Shown here: piece after piece, positions 43,301 through 55,765 of the stretch
Position numbering within the stretch: position 1 is the first letter of the stretch
How the letters are laid out: each line of letters starts with the position of its first letter
From: Zygnema circumcarinatum SAG 698-1b
Taxonomy: Eukaryota; Plantae; Zygnematophyceae
NCBI GenBank assembly: GCA_037447605.1
Contig: CM074818.1
Location: 434,001 to 498,000, forward strand
Length of the DNA: 64,000 nucleotides
Direction of reading: 5' to 3'
Notes under the pieces: generated by a model
What the model saw: the letters and a program-made list of their open reading frames with translations, nothing else
What the model was told of the DNA's origin: nothing
Database searches by the model: none
Made by a program: the position numbers and the translations under genes

Positions 43301-46300
43301 CAAGAATTGTGAGTGGGCACTCAGTCAAACTGAGACTCAAACTCAAACTCAAACTTTGTCAAAGATTTGATGTTTTCCCTCTTGCTCTTGCTCAGTCTCG
43401 CGGTCTCTTCCTGTCGCTCTCCCTCACTCTTGCTCTCTCTCCCTCTCTCGCGCTCTCTCTCTCTCCCTCGCTCTTTCTCCCTCTCGCCCTCTCTCGCGCT
43501 CTCTCGCTCTCCCTCACTCTTGCTCCCTCTCGCTCTCTCGCACTCTCTCGCGCTCTCTCTCTCTCTCCCTCGCTCTTTCTTGGAATGTTTGTATCACTTA
43601 TGAGAGTATGAAGGAATGACATTACATGCAGCTCTTCCACCATCAACCCGGAGAAGCATATACTCTTTTTCCAGTGCTCACCATAATAACTGCTCCGTTT
43701 GGCTGCAGATATTTGGACAGCAACCAGATCAAGGGGCCCATTCCGGAATTTATAGGCAACTTGTCTAACCTTAAAGTCTTGTAAGCATAGAAACAAAACC
43801 TTCATGTTCTGAGCACCGGAAATCTTCCTCATTTTCTTTTCTTGACCTTCGCTTACTAAATTTCACCGTGAAAGCAATGTTCAGATCTATTGAATGGTCC
43901 ATTGGAAACATCAAGAATCTCCCCTTTCTGGTTTTTCTGTTCATCAATTGCCTCTTGTTCCTCTGAATTGGATCAAAAGTGTCAGGTTGGTTGGTTGGTT
44001 GGTTATTATTATTATTATTAGTATTATATATTATATTATGTATTTGACCAAAAAAAGTTGTCCTTCACTGCGGGTACGTTCAGAGACTTGTCGAACAATC
44101 CCTTCAGTGGAGCTATTCCTCAGACCTTCGCACGGAAAGGGTTCACTTATGATGATTTTTTTGGTAATTACAAGTTCAATAGCTTCATTGCGCTTACATA
44201 CATGTGAGTCCTTCAAACTTGGTGCGTTCTTCAAATTTTGTTTCCTTGCTTCTTAAGTTTCTCAAGATTCCAGACTACTGTATCTGTGCAATTAACTTGT
44301 TGTGATGAGCCGCTTGACATCAATCTGTTGTATATTTGGAAACAATCAATTAGCTGCAGAACGTATATCATTACATGCCGCTCTCCTTCTCCTTCTTTCT
44401 CCTTACGCAGCATATGTTTGAATCAGGAAGCGCCATATTCAGACGTTTTTTTCTCCGGAGATGAAGAGAAGGAAGACCTAGAAGAAAGTCAGGAGACTTG
44501 GAATGGCAATATCTTCAGTTTGCATGTTTCTTCAACTGTTGCATCATCTTTACATCTTCATCTTCATCTCCATCTTCATCTTCATCTTCATCTTTATCTT
44601 TTTTACTTTACAGGACAATCTCTGGCAGAGCAGCTTTGCCAAACTGTTCCTGAAGAATCTACGATTTCCTCGTTCATGCAGATGTAGAGCTATATCGCAT
44701 CGTTTGACGCTTATTTTCCGCAAGATCATGGAAAATAATTTTGGCATTCAGAAGTCATTTGGCTCTTCATGTGATGGTGGATGCAGGAACTTGAGCCATT
44801 GCCAGCTCACAGGAGAAATTCCTTCAAACTTTGGAAACTTGCAAAGGCTTCAAACATTGTAGGACTCGTACTGCCCAAAGCTCGCGGAAAATGTTGTCAT
44901 GGTAAGCTTACAAGTTGATGTTTTCGAGTGTGATAATTTTTGTAACAAGGATTGGAATGTCACTTTTTATTTTCCAGAGACTTGTCAAGCAACCAGCTGA
45001 GTGGAGACATCCCTGACTTGCAAGGCACTATCCTTTCTCTTTTGTAAGTAGGAAGGAGACTCCTGCACCTCTTTTCACCTCTTTTTCTTGCCCTTATAGT
45101 TCTCTATTCATCGAATTACTTTGGTATACTTTACAATACTTCCTTTACCTTTTTGCTCTCATGGAAAACCTCGATTTGTGTGTTATGATTGGTGAAGCAT
45201 TATCGATGTGTGGCATCATTTTAAGAAGATTGTTGTTTTTGAAAGTATTTGTTAAATGGAAAGGAAGAGATTCTCCTCGATAGGTCGTTTGAACGTTTTT
45301 TTCTCTGTGTGGATTCAATCAGAATGTTACGTTCAAATTCGCAACTCTTGTTTGGGGGATTGCAGGAACTTATCTCAAAATTCTCTGACTGGCAGTGTGC
45401 CGGCTTATTTGGGAAACCTTTCTTTGTATGAGCTGTAAGTTCACAGGAGCTCTCCTTAAAAAATGTCATTTGAAACAAGGAGTAACTCTTATTATATATA
45501 GAAATCGCAACCACATGAAGAATCTTGATGAAGGGGAAATATGTAAGCCCGGTCATATTTACGAAACCATTCACAAATTGGGCATAAGTTTGATTCGGTA
45601 AATTCCTACAGTGGAGTAGAAAGCTTCTGGGTTTACTCCGGAGCAGGGTTTTAACCACCGTTTCTTGCAGCTAATTTCTCTATCACTGCTTTCTATCTCT
45701 CTCCATCCTCCTCTCACTTTCTCTCTTTCCTTCTCTCTCCCTCTTCCTCTCTTTGGTTGCTTTTGCGCAGCGATTTAAGCGACAACAATCTTTCTGGGAT
45801 TCTTCCGGCAGAGCTTCTATTCAACTTAACTTTGTCAAAGTGTGGCAAGTATGTGCTCAATCGCAGCGCATATCCTTCTTGCATGTTCTCCTTGTTCTTC
45901 TTTCTTCTTGTTTGTTCTTGGTTTTTTTTTTTTTTTCCTTCTTGTTTTTCTTGTTCTTCTTCCTTCTTGTTGTTCTTCTTTCGTTTTTTTTTTTTTTTTT
46001 TTGGTGTTTCTGTTCCTATTCACAATTAACTGTGCATGGCAGCTATCGTCCGGGAAATCCAAATCTTCAGGTCGTCTGCATTGGAGGTAAGTAAGCAGAC
46101 AAGTGGCATCAGAATGTATGATCACTTTGTATGCTGAAATGGCTCGAGAAGAGTTTCAGTTCCAGTTTCAGTTTCAGTATTTCAGTTTCAGTTTTGGCTT
46201 CATTCACATCTTACCGAGTCAAAGGCTGCTCCAATTCTGTTGATGTTCAGTAATAAGTTAATAAGTTTGCTTTACCGGTTGAATTTATGATCCAATTCCC

Positions 46301-46504
46301 CATACCGGCCTAAACTGCGTCCTTTCGGATAGCACATAATGATGAGTGAGATTGACTTTTGATTCAGGTTATGTTCAGAATAATGCATCACCTCCTCCCC
46401 CTCCTCCACTTCCTCCACTTTCTTCAACTTCGAACGGTGGTACGTATCAGCATTCTCCATTCTCTTCTCTCTATGTCGCCCCTTGACTGCCTCCCTACCT
46501 CCCT

Positions 46505-46549
<45 letters not shown>

Positions 46550-47311
46550 TTCTTTCTCTTCTCTTCCTCTCTCTTTTTCCTCTCTCCCTCCCTTTTCGTC
46601 CAATTTCCACTTTTGTATTTGAATATGACTGCCAGAAAACCTCTCCGTTTCTTTGCTTCTGATCTATTCGCCACTTCTCTTTTGCAGGCCTTCAAGTTTA
46701 TGTGGTCGTTATCATTAGCGTGGGAGCGGCAATAGTCATATGCGTTGCAATTTTTTTGGGCTATGTTTTCCTTCGCCCAAGTAATGATGTTAAACTTACT
46801 CCTACTCGCTCGGAAATTTCAATACCATATTCATGGTGGCAATGAGAGTTCATAATTCGTTATTTTGCATGAAAACCTTGACTGCACCGCTAGAAATCTT
46901 ACTCTGAACTTTCGGCATTAGTATGGATGCGTAAAAACTTAAAAACCCTAAAAACCCTAAGAACGATTCGCAGTTCTTGAACCAAAAATTTCTAATAGTA
47001 CGATTGTTGCATTGGATCGTTACTGCACAGAGCAACCACAGAAATCACAATTTGCAGTGAAACTGGAGGACTACTTTGTGAAGCAAATCCCTCTGCAAGC
47101 TATCTGTGAAGCCACCAACAACTTCAGTAAAGAAAACTTGCTCGGAGAGGGAGGGTTTGGGACCGTGTACAAAGGCACTGCTAAGAACGGAGTGCAGTGG
47201 GCGGTGAAGAGGGCCAAGACTGTCTCAAATCAAGGTCTCCTAGCCTTTCAAAATGAGGTGTGCTCCAAGTCTCCCGTGGTTCACTATCTCAAGCCATTGT
47301 GGTCCTACCTT

Positions 47312-47351
<40 letters not shown>

Positions 47352-50300
47352 GCTCTCTCTCTCTTTCTCTCAGAGCGATGATGCTGCATTTGTGCGTCAC
47401 TCACCTGCTCGCTTTCATACAGATTGACGTCATGTCGAGAATGAACCACAAAAATCTCGTCAAGTTGCTCGGCTTCTGCGATGAGGACAACGAGCAAATA
47501 TTAATTTACGAATTTGTCGCTAATGGCACATTGAAGGCCGCTCTTCAATTGAAAGATGGTGAGTCCTCCGTCCTCGCAATAACCCCCATCTGAAATCGAA
47601 GTATCTCCTCATCCCTTCAGTATCAGTTTTCCCTGCTCTCACTTTGGTCTTGGCCGACCCCACTGCACGTCACGAGGTGGTTAGTTAGTTAGCTAGTTAG
47701 TTAGTTAGTTAGTTAGTTGGTTCTTAGTTAGTTAGTTGGTTAGTTGGTTAGTTGGTTGGTTAGTTGATTGGTTAGTTGGTTAGTTCGTTAGTTGGTTGGT
47801 TCGTTAGTTGGTTAGTTGGTTGGTTAGTGATGCGTTTGGATTTGCTTTTGGTCAGCATAAACCTTGTGCCTCAATTGACTCGAGGAGCCCTAAGCCACCA
47901 CCCTAGTCCTATGCCCTAAAGCTGAGTAATCCTTAAACCTTAAGCCCGAACCCCTCACCACAAAACCATAAAACTTGGTCTCTAAACCCTAACCCCTAAA
48001 CCGTAAACCCTAACCCCTCAACCCTAACCCCTCAACCCTCACGACTAAAACCAAACCCCTGAACCCTAACCCCTAGGCCCTGAACCCTAACCGCTAAGCC
48101 CTGAATCCACAATTGGTCATATTGTGTTCTTGTTCCCATGTTCTATGCTCAACGCCATGGCCCCCACTGCGGCACGTTGTAGGGCATTTAGGCATTTGTT
48201 GGGCAAACCCTAAAAACCCTAAAAACCCTAAATGTACCGCCAACTCCCCCTCGTCGCCAAGGGTTGTTTGTGTGATATGAAATGTATATGGGGAGAAACC
48301 GAAGGTCTATTCTAGTCATGCTTTTGGAATGTTCAATGCATCAACTTGACGTTGATACCAGCCTTCAAGTTAGTAACACTGTTCAATGTTTGGCAATATT
48401 GAAAGGAACGAGAGCCCCGCTGACATTCAAGCAACGGTTGGAGATTGCGTTGGGAGCGGCGGAGGGCCTTAGTTACCTCCACACGCAGGCGAAGCCGACC
48501 ATCATTCATAGAGATGTGAAATCGGACAACATTCTTTTGGACGACAAACTGCAGGTGGGGGAGGGAGGCCCAGTCCATTGGAGACTTGCGAACACATGAC
48601 GCATAAGGAGAGATGATTAAGTTAGCATATACTCTCCCTCTCCCTGTCTCTCTTCCTCTCCCTCTCCCTCTCCCTTTCCCTCTCCCTCTTCCACTCCCTC
48701 TCCCTCGCCCTCTCCCTCTCCCTCTTCCACTGCCTCTCTCTCCCTCTCCCCTCCCCCTCTCCCTCCCCCTCTCCCACTCCCTCTCCCTCTCCCTCCCTCC
48801 CCCTCCCTCCTATGATGCGCTTTTGAAGCTACTAAACTAACTCTTACGAAGTCGATTCTTTTACTTTGAAAATAAGAGTATATTGAGTGCCAGCGACTTA
48901 CACCTCGGGATGCAGACAACATTTCCTCAAGAAACATGCCTGCACCAGCATGATTGTGTCCTCTTGAAACGAAGTCATGCCTGACATTCTAAGCAACGCA
49001 TCCCACTAAGAGCTTTGGAATTGAGTAGTGGATGACTCTCTTGGCCTGCTTTTAAAAACCCTAAGAACCCTAAGAAGCCTAAGAACCCTAAAAACCCTAA
49101 AAACCCTAAGAACCCTAAGAACCCTGAAAACCCTAAAGACCCTGAAAACCCTAAAAACCCTAAAAACCCTAAAATCCCTAAATACCCTAAAAACCCTAAA
49201 AACCCTAAAAACCTTGTTGCAGGCCAAAGTTTCCGACTTCGGGCTTCTGAGGGACAACGTGGACGAGCTCGCCCTGCTCTCAAAGACGCGCGTTGCGGGC
49301 ACTCACGGGTACATGGACCCCGAGTATTACACGCACTACAGAGTCACCACAAAGTGTGATGTGTACAGGTAGGCTCCAAGAATCTGTAACAAAACCTGAA
49401 TCCTCTCTGACCCTTAGTGTTAGAAATGTCAGTATTTCCGCAGAGTCTCTGTACTCTGCCATTCAGAGACTTAGGACTCAGATAGGAGTTGGGGTCCTGT
49501 TACACCTTGTAACCTAAGCTTCAAACCTTCGTAATAGTACTTGCCCCACTCCGACATCTTTCTCTAACTAACTAACTAACTAACTAGGATTAACTTATTA
49601 ACTTTAACTAGGATTCATCAAGGTATCGGTACTCAGTTCCTAGCCCGGCCAAACAAGGAGGCGTGACGACACAAATATAATAGGACGATGGTGACAGCAG
49701 TAGTATTTTTCTATTTTAATTGCAAAAGGATGCACTAATGGAAGCTCTCTGTGCCAGTCATCAGGGACTTTCACGTGTTCAGATTCAAGTTTAGCGTATC
49801 CAAGAAGAAGATGCCTTTATATTTTGCATTTTTATTTTTTTTGTCATTGAAGTGAAGCTGAGTCTTTTGGAGGTGCTTGTGCAGCTTCGGAGTGGTCCTC
49901 CTCGAGCTCATCTCTGGGCAGTCGGCGGTCATCAAACCGACGGAAGACATAAAAGATGTCATCTCGTTGTCCAATTGGGTGAGAGCTCTCCCCTTCAGAC
50001 CCTGCCTAGCGAACCAAAGGCGAAGCCTAATATCGGCACCAATCCTTACATTATTCACTTGATGGCAACATTGTACTGCAGTTCACTTTCCAATTCACTA
50101 ATATGAAGCTTATGTTGCTAACAATATTGTTAACAATGTTGTTGTTGTTGTTGTTGTTGTTGTTATTGTTATTGTTGTTTTATCTCTAGGCATTGCAAAG
50201 GATCCGAAGCACTCTGGGCCTTAGCGCCGTGGCGGACCCCAACTTGGAGGGAGAGTACGCCCTCGAAGACATGCAGACCTTGGCGAGCATCGCCGCGTCC

Positions 50301-50504
50301 TGCCTTCAAAAATCTTCCGCACATCGACCGGAAATGGCGGATGTCGGAAGCCAATTGCGCATGCTGAAGGCGAAGGTGGAGGGGGTCCAAGTTCGGGACG
50401 TTCAACCGGAGGAGATTGCAGAGGTCGCGGTTGAACGGTCTTGGTTTATCGACAAAGGATTGTCGTCGGGGATTGTAGAGGAAAGCGTTCTTGAGGGACG
50501 ATAG
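40315..50504 (+). CDS. Leucine-rich repeat receptor-like Ser/Thr kinase (signal peptide, LRRNT, ~24 LRRs, TM, RD kinase)
   Basis: Exons 40315-41750, 42040-42105, 43240-43308, 43709-43780, 44084-44203, 44787-44858, 44978-45043, 45366-45434, 45771-45848, 46043-46086, 46688-46780, 47031-47257, 47423-47558, 48406-48554, 49223-49368, 49885-49978, 50190-50504. Motifs CCWTGVTC, LxLxxNxLxGxxP repeats, [84 protein letters not shown]. Confidence 0.92.
41862..41929 (+). repeat. 9-mer telomere-like array (AAAACCCTA/G)n
   Basis: aaaccctaaaaaccctaaaaaccctgaaaaccctg... in LRR-RLK intron 1. Confidence 0.9.
42600..42690. repeat. Cluster of CCGTAC/GTACGG motifs, possibly a MITE remnant
   Basis: At least 8 ccgtac/gtacgg/cgtacg motifs in ~90 bp. 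Similar motifs occur at 52050-52110 and 62200-62290. Confidence 0.45.
47680..47829 (+). repeat. (GTTA/GTTG)n tetranucleotide microsatellite
   Basis: gttagttagttag... with gttg variants in an LRR-RLK intron. Confidence 0.95.
47902..48107 (+). repeat. Degenerate telomere-like array (AACCCT core)
   Basis: aaaccctaacccctaaaccgtaaaccctaacccctc... in an LRR-RLK intron. Confidence 0.75.
49054..49213 (+). repeat. 9-mer telomere-like array (AA(A/G)AACCCT)n, ~18 copies, abutting a splice acceptor
   Basis: aaaaaccctaagaaccctaagaagcct... ends 9 nt before the AG at 49221-49222. Confidence 0.92.
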
Positions 50505-51255
50505 GAATTTCGGCTTACTTTTTTTGGGACAATCTTTTATTGTACTAAAAGAACATCTCGTCTGACCATGCAAGGACTGAAAGGCACACCAAAAGTTTCA
50601 ACAATAAACTCGAAATTAAACTAAACTAAACTAAATTAAACTTTTAATTCTCAAGAGACAATAAACTCAAAATTACCCCGAGTGAAGCAGGTTAGTGGTG
50701 ACCAAAAGGCTACCAACCCTAGTCATAACCAAGGCCTTTGATGGAGAGCTAAGTCTCCCCCAACTTTCTAAAAACTTTAAAAATATTTTTTCTTTTTGTA
50801 CATATAGGTCAGCCCTTAAGAGGAGCTCCCAGTCAACTCATGATAAAGGTATAAGAACTATTTTCTCCCAACCGTCCCTATATGAAAACTTTTGGATCTC
50901 AGCCCCCCATGGCCCTGAACAAAAGTCTTGGACTCACCCCATACTGTTAAATTCTTACACTCGAGTCTCGAGGTATAGTATGCATCACTACGTGGAACGG
51001 CTTCGACAACGTGGGCCCAGAAATGTAAAATGTTTCGAGAAGATCTCGGGCAGCCCGAAAAGAATGTCCGCTAACCCCAAAAAAAACTGGAAACCGAAAA
51101 CTAGCAACTAGAAACCAGCCGTAGGTTTGTAATTCGCGGTTTTCAGCATGTTGGCAACGGACCAGGTCATGAAACGGGCGGATTTGTGCTGTTTCTAACG
51201 GGACTGTTACTGCGCAGCGGGAAAATCGGCGGAATTTGAACTGGCTAAAACTCTA

Positions 51256-51841
51256 GGAAAATGATACAGGCGCCCCACTTTTTGGATATCCGCGCCCCCT
51301 TTCGGGAAAAAACTGTACTTTCATTCTGGCTAATCACGCCCCCCCCCCCCTTGGATCTTTCGGGAGGAGAGATCTTGTAGACAATCGGACCCCGCGCCTC
51401 GCGCGCAGGATCCGACCGTGCACCGACGTACGGCGCCGCGCATCGCGGCGCGGCCCGCGAGATGCGGCGAGCCTACGGAAACGTTGTCCTCACCTGACCC
51501 TTTTGGGTCAGAGGTTGCGACGTGGCAGTCTACCATTGGACAGCCCTGCTGCCGGTCCCCCATGCCGTCGTAGGGGGTATCGGCAGCAGGGCTGTCCAAT
51601 GGCAGACTGCCACGTGTCCCGTAGGCTCGCCGCATCTCGCGGGCCGCGCCGCGATGCGCGGCGCCGTACGTTGGTGCACGGTCGGATCCTGCGCGCGAGG
51701 CGCGGGGTCCGATTGTCTACAAGATCTCTCCTCCCGAAAGATCCAAGGGGGGGGGGGGCGTGATTAGCCAGAATGAAAGTACAGTTTTTTCCCGAAAGGG
51801 GGCGCGGATATCCAAAAAGTGGGGCGCCTGTATCATTTTCC
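51256..51841. mobile_element. Palindromic non-autonomous DNA transposon (MULE-like foldback MITE), copy 1
   Basis: Starts GGAAAATGATACAGGCGCCCCAC and ends GTGGGGCGCCTGTATCATTTTCC. Arms of ~250-290 bp are near-perfect reverse complements (the right arm lacks ~40 bp). 8-bp flanks aaactcta / aaacttca. A second copy lies at 61688-62749. Confidence 0.9.
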
Positions 51842-52389
51842 AAACTTCAACTGTGCGCCTTCCCATGTGCGAACTTCACATTGGGAAGATTCTGACTCCT
51901 GTTCGCCCGTACGGGTATATGCAGTTCAACAGCTGTTTAACGGTGTGCAGTTCCGTCACCGTCTCATGGAACGGATTCTCTCAGAGCTTCTAGAACATTC
52001 GATGCCGACATTTTTTCGCAATCAGAAGCCGCCACGTAGCACTCTCTCCAGGTTTTGTACGGATGCCTTCGTTTGTACAATGTACGGTCGTACGAGTTTG
52101 TACGAATTGTAGGGACTCCCTCCCGCAAAGCCCCCTTCAGAATTCGCGAGGGGGCTCTCTCCTTCGCTCCAGGAAAAATTCAATTCTCGAGTACTTTAAA
52201 AAATAAAGAAAAATAAATAAAAAATTGAAGAAAAGAGGAAAACAAACAGAGAAATTGAAGACGTGAAGCGATAAACTTGAGAATCGGATGTTAAAAAAAT
52301 CCAAAAAAACGACGGGCTGAAAACTCGGTTTTTGGATGAAAACGTAGGTTTTAGGGTTTTGGGTTTGCGATCAAATTTGCGCCAGCATC

Positions 52390-55088
52390 ATGCAGAGGGT
52401 TTCTTTATTTCTGGGCAGGAGGGGAAAATTTTTGTGGGGCAGAAATGAAAGTGGGTTTTTGGGGCGACGCGGAATGGTTACTTTTTTGGGGGCAGAATTG
52501 AAAAAAATTGAGGCGGAAAAGTCGATTTTGGAGCATGTAAGTATGTTTTTTTTGCTGCAAGTTGTGTAAATATTTTTAGGGTTTTTGATTTTTTCGCAGC
52601 CCATTTTTTAGTTTCTGGTTTTTGGGGTTTAGAATCACTTGAATTGAGTAAGGAGGGCATGTAATTTTGACTTTCATTTTATATTTTTTTTTTAGTGTAG
52701 GATAACTTTTAAGGATGAAAATTCTCCTCTCCCTCTCTCTCCTCTCTCCCTCTCTCTCTCTCCTCTCCCTCTCTCCTCTCTTCCTCTCTAACTCCTCTCC
52801 CTCTCGCACCTCTCTCTCTCTCTCCTCTCCCTCTCTCACCTCTCTCTCTCTCTGGCCCTCTCTCTCTCTGTTCTCCCTTGCCCCTCTCTTCCTCCCTCTT
52901 CCTCTCCCCTCTCCTGACCCCTCTCCCGTATGACTATCTGCCGCCTCTCATCCCCTCTCTCTCCTCTCTCTCTCTCCACAGGCTTCAGCTCTCTCTCCTT
53001 TCCAGCGACACAGAGCCCATTTGGAGCCCACGTGGCAGCCATGGCGGATCTCTCCTTCCTTCTCCTCCGCCGCCTCCCAAGAAGGAGAGAAGAAGGGTGC
53101 AGAGAATGGCAGTAACGCCAGGAATGGAGGCGCAGCAGCAGGAGGAAAGGGAGAGGGAGTGGGAGAGGAGGTAAGGGGGAGGAGGAGACAAGAGGAGGAG
53201 AGGGAGGAGAGGGAGTGTAGGAGTACGGAGAGGGTTGGGAGAGAACGATGGGAGAGAGTGGAGAGAAGTGGAGCGGGCGAGCGGCAGAGTGTGTGAGTGA
53301 GAGATAGAGAAAGAGCGAGGGAGGGAGAGCGGGAGATTAGAGAGTAAAAAGTAGCTGGAGAGGGCGAAAAGTGGAGGGCGTTACACAGATATCGAGAGAG
53401 AGAGAGAGAGAGAGCCCATCACTCGCACTCCATCCTCTCCCATCATGTCTATGGCTCTCTCTATTCTTTCCCAACCTCTCGGTCTCCTCTCCCTGTGCAG
53501 GTGCGAGAGGGAGAGGCCTCCCCGGAGAAGGAGAGGGAGAAGGAAGAGGAGGAGGAGAGAGAGGATCTGATGGCTCTTTTGGCTCAGAGAGAGGTGGAGC
53601 TGCATGAGAAGACTGAATCCATCGCCAATTTGAAGCAGATGGTGCTAAAGACAATGGACGAGATGGAAGCTCTGAGGGAGAGGACGAAGAGGGAGATCGA
53701 CGCCAGCAAGAAATTCGCAGTGCAGGTAAACCCTAATTCTTAAACCCTGCCTTTAAATTTTCAAATGATATGGCCCTTCAAAATTCTGAAAACCCTAAGA
53801 AATTGTGAACGGGAAGGCGGGATCGGTATGGAAAAGATAGTTTTGGAGCGGGAGTCTCCTTTGAACCCTAAAAAGTAAAAGTTAAAAAGTTAAACCCTGA
53901 CCCTAAACTCTCGAATTCTTGCCAATAACCGCTGAACCCTAAAAAGTTGATACCTGAACCCTAAAATTTCGAACCCCAAACCTTTCTATGTGAAGGGGTT
54001 TGCGACGGGGCTGTTGGACGTGGCGGACAATTTATCGAGAGCGCTTGAGGTGGTGCCGGAGGAGTACAGAGGGGGAGGGGGAGGGGGAGAGGGAGAGGGA
54101 GAGGGAGAGACTGCGAGGAAGCTTCTAAAGTCGCTGGTGGAGGGAGTGGTGATGACGGAGAAGCAGCTCCTGCAGGTCCCTCCCTTGGTCCTTCCGGGGA
54201 CTTCCTTTGTTGGGAGAGGGAGAGGGGCCGGAGAGAGAGAGGGTAGTTCTTTTTGAAAAATTTCCATGATGGGTCTTTTTGATAATTATCTTGTTGGTTT
54301 GACTCTGTATTAAGATCTCCTCTCTCTCTTTCTCTCCCCCCATCACTTCTCCCTTGACATCGCCTTCCTTCTCCCTCCTCCCTTCTCTCTCACCGTCTTC
54401 CCCTCCCTCTCCCCTCTCCTATCGCTTTCTTTGTCTATCTCTCCCCTCCCACTCTCTCCATCTCTCTCTCCCNNNNNNNNNNCCCTCCCTCCCCCTGCAG
54501 GTGTTCCACAAGCACGGGCTGCAGCCCATCCACCCTCTCGGCGAGCCCTTCGACCCTCACACCCACAACGCGCTCTTTGAGGTCGCCGACGCGCAGAGGC
54601 CGCCCGGGACCGTGGCCGCCGTCCTCAAGGCGAGGGCCGACCCGCCCTGCTGCTAGGGTTTAGGGTTAAGGGTTTAGGGGATAGGGTTTAGGGTTTCTGA
54701 AGCTTTCTCTACCTTAAAACATCCCTCCCTCAAAGCATGCGTCCCATCTGTCGCTCCCATTACCCCGTCCCCCTCTCCTCTCCCTCTCTCCCACCTTCCT
54801 ACTCTTCCCCCCTGCTCCTCCCCTCCCCTCTCCCCTCCCCCCTCCCTCCCCTCCCTCTCTCCCTCCTCCCTCTGGGCATATTGACCCCTAACCCTCCCTC
54901 CCTCAACATCCCCTCTCCCCCACCCCTCCCTCTCCCCCTCCCCTTCTCTCCCCGTCTCCCTCCCTCTCCACAGTGACCTCTAACCCTCTCTCCCTCCCTC
55001 CCTCCCTCCCCTGCAGACGGGCTACAACCTGCACGGCCGCGTCATCCGTCCTGCTGACGTGGGAGTGGTCCGAGCCCCCTCTCCGTAG
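52390..55088 (+). CDS. GrpE: GrpE nucleotide-exchange factor, mitochondrial type (MGE1-like)
   Basis: Exons 52390-52476, 52982-53170, 53501-53725, 53996-54175, 54501-54629, 55017-55088 (intron 5 is GC-AG). Motifs EMEALRERTKRE..KKFAVQ, LLDVADNLSRAL, EGVVMTEKQL, FDPHTHNALFEV, GTVAAVLKTGYNLHGRVIRPADVGV. Arg-rich presequence MQRVSLFLGRRGKFLWGR. Exons 1-2 are less certain. Confidence 0.9.
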
Positions 55089-55765
55089 TGTGAACGCGGC
55101 TGAGTGTTCGTCGTTATCTCATTTTTCCTTTTTCTGTTTTGGGCCGAGTCTACGTCTGAACGGTTTAATGGCCCTTCCTTCCTTCCTTCCTTCCCGGCTC
55201 TCTGTATGGTCGTACACCTCCGCCCTATTGGGCGCACAACAAAAGAGAGAAAGGGAGACGTAGAGGGCGAGCGAGGGAGAGAGAGAGCGAGGGGGAGAGA
55301 GAGAGAGGGGGAGAGAGAGAGAGGGGGAGAGTGGAAGAGAGCGAGAGGGAGATAGAAAGAGAGGGCGAGGAGAAGAGAAAGAGAGACGGAGAGAAAAAGT
55401 CGTTTGCCTCATATTAACAATTGATGGTACACATGGGAGGGCAGCTTGTGCATTGAGTCTCTATGTGATTTACAAAATATCGTTCTAAGCTACTCCGGAG
55501 CTTTAACTTCTTCCTCAAAAACATTGCAAAACCCTACAAGCCTAAGAAACCGTTGACTTTGATATCGACCTCTTTGAAATCATCCGGGACTCAAAATATT
55601 AACAATCCCGGACAGTTATTCTTAAAGTAAAAAAAAAATGGCTATTCTAAGGCTCTGAAAAAAACTTCCGTTTTATTCTACATCGAAACCACATTCAAGA
55701 AAAAAAAAAGAAAAAAAAAAAATGCTCGTTTCTTATGTACACGGAGCTCATATGATGAGAGAAAT

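Noticed and set aside
44411-44690. Possible extra LRR-RLK exons (ICLNQEAP..., DNLWQSS...)
   Set aside because: There is no LRR pattern, and 44203 splices in phase directly to 44787.
51330-51843. ORFs in the palindromic MITEs (also 61633-62082 and 62418-62921)
   Set aside because: These are GC-rich non-coding arms with no transposase motifs. The ORFs mirror each other because of the palindrome.
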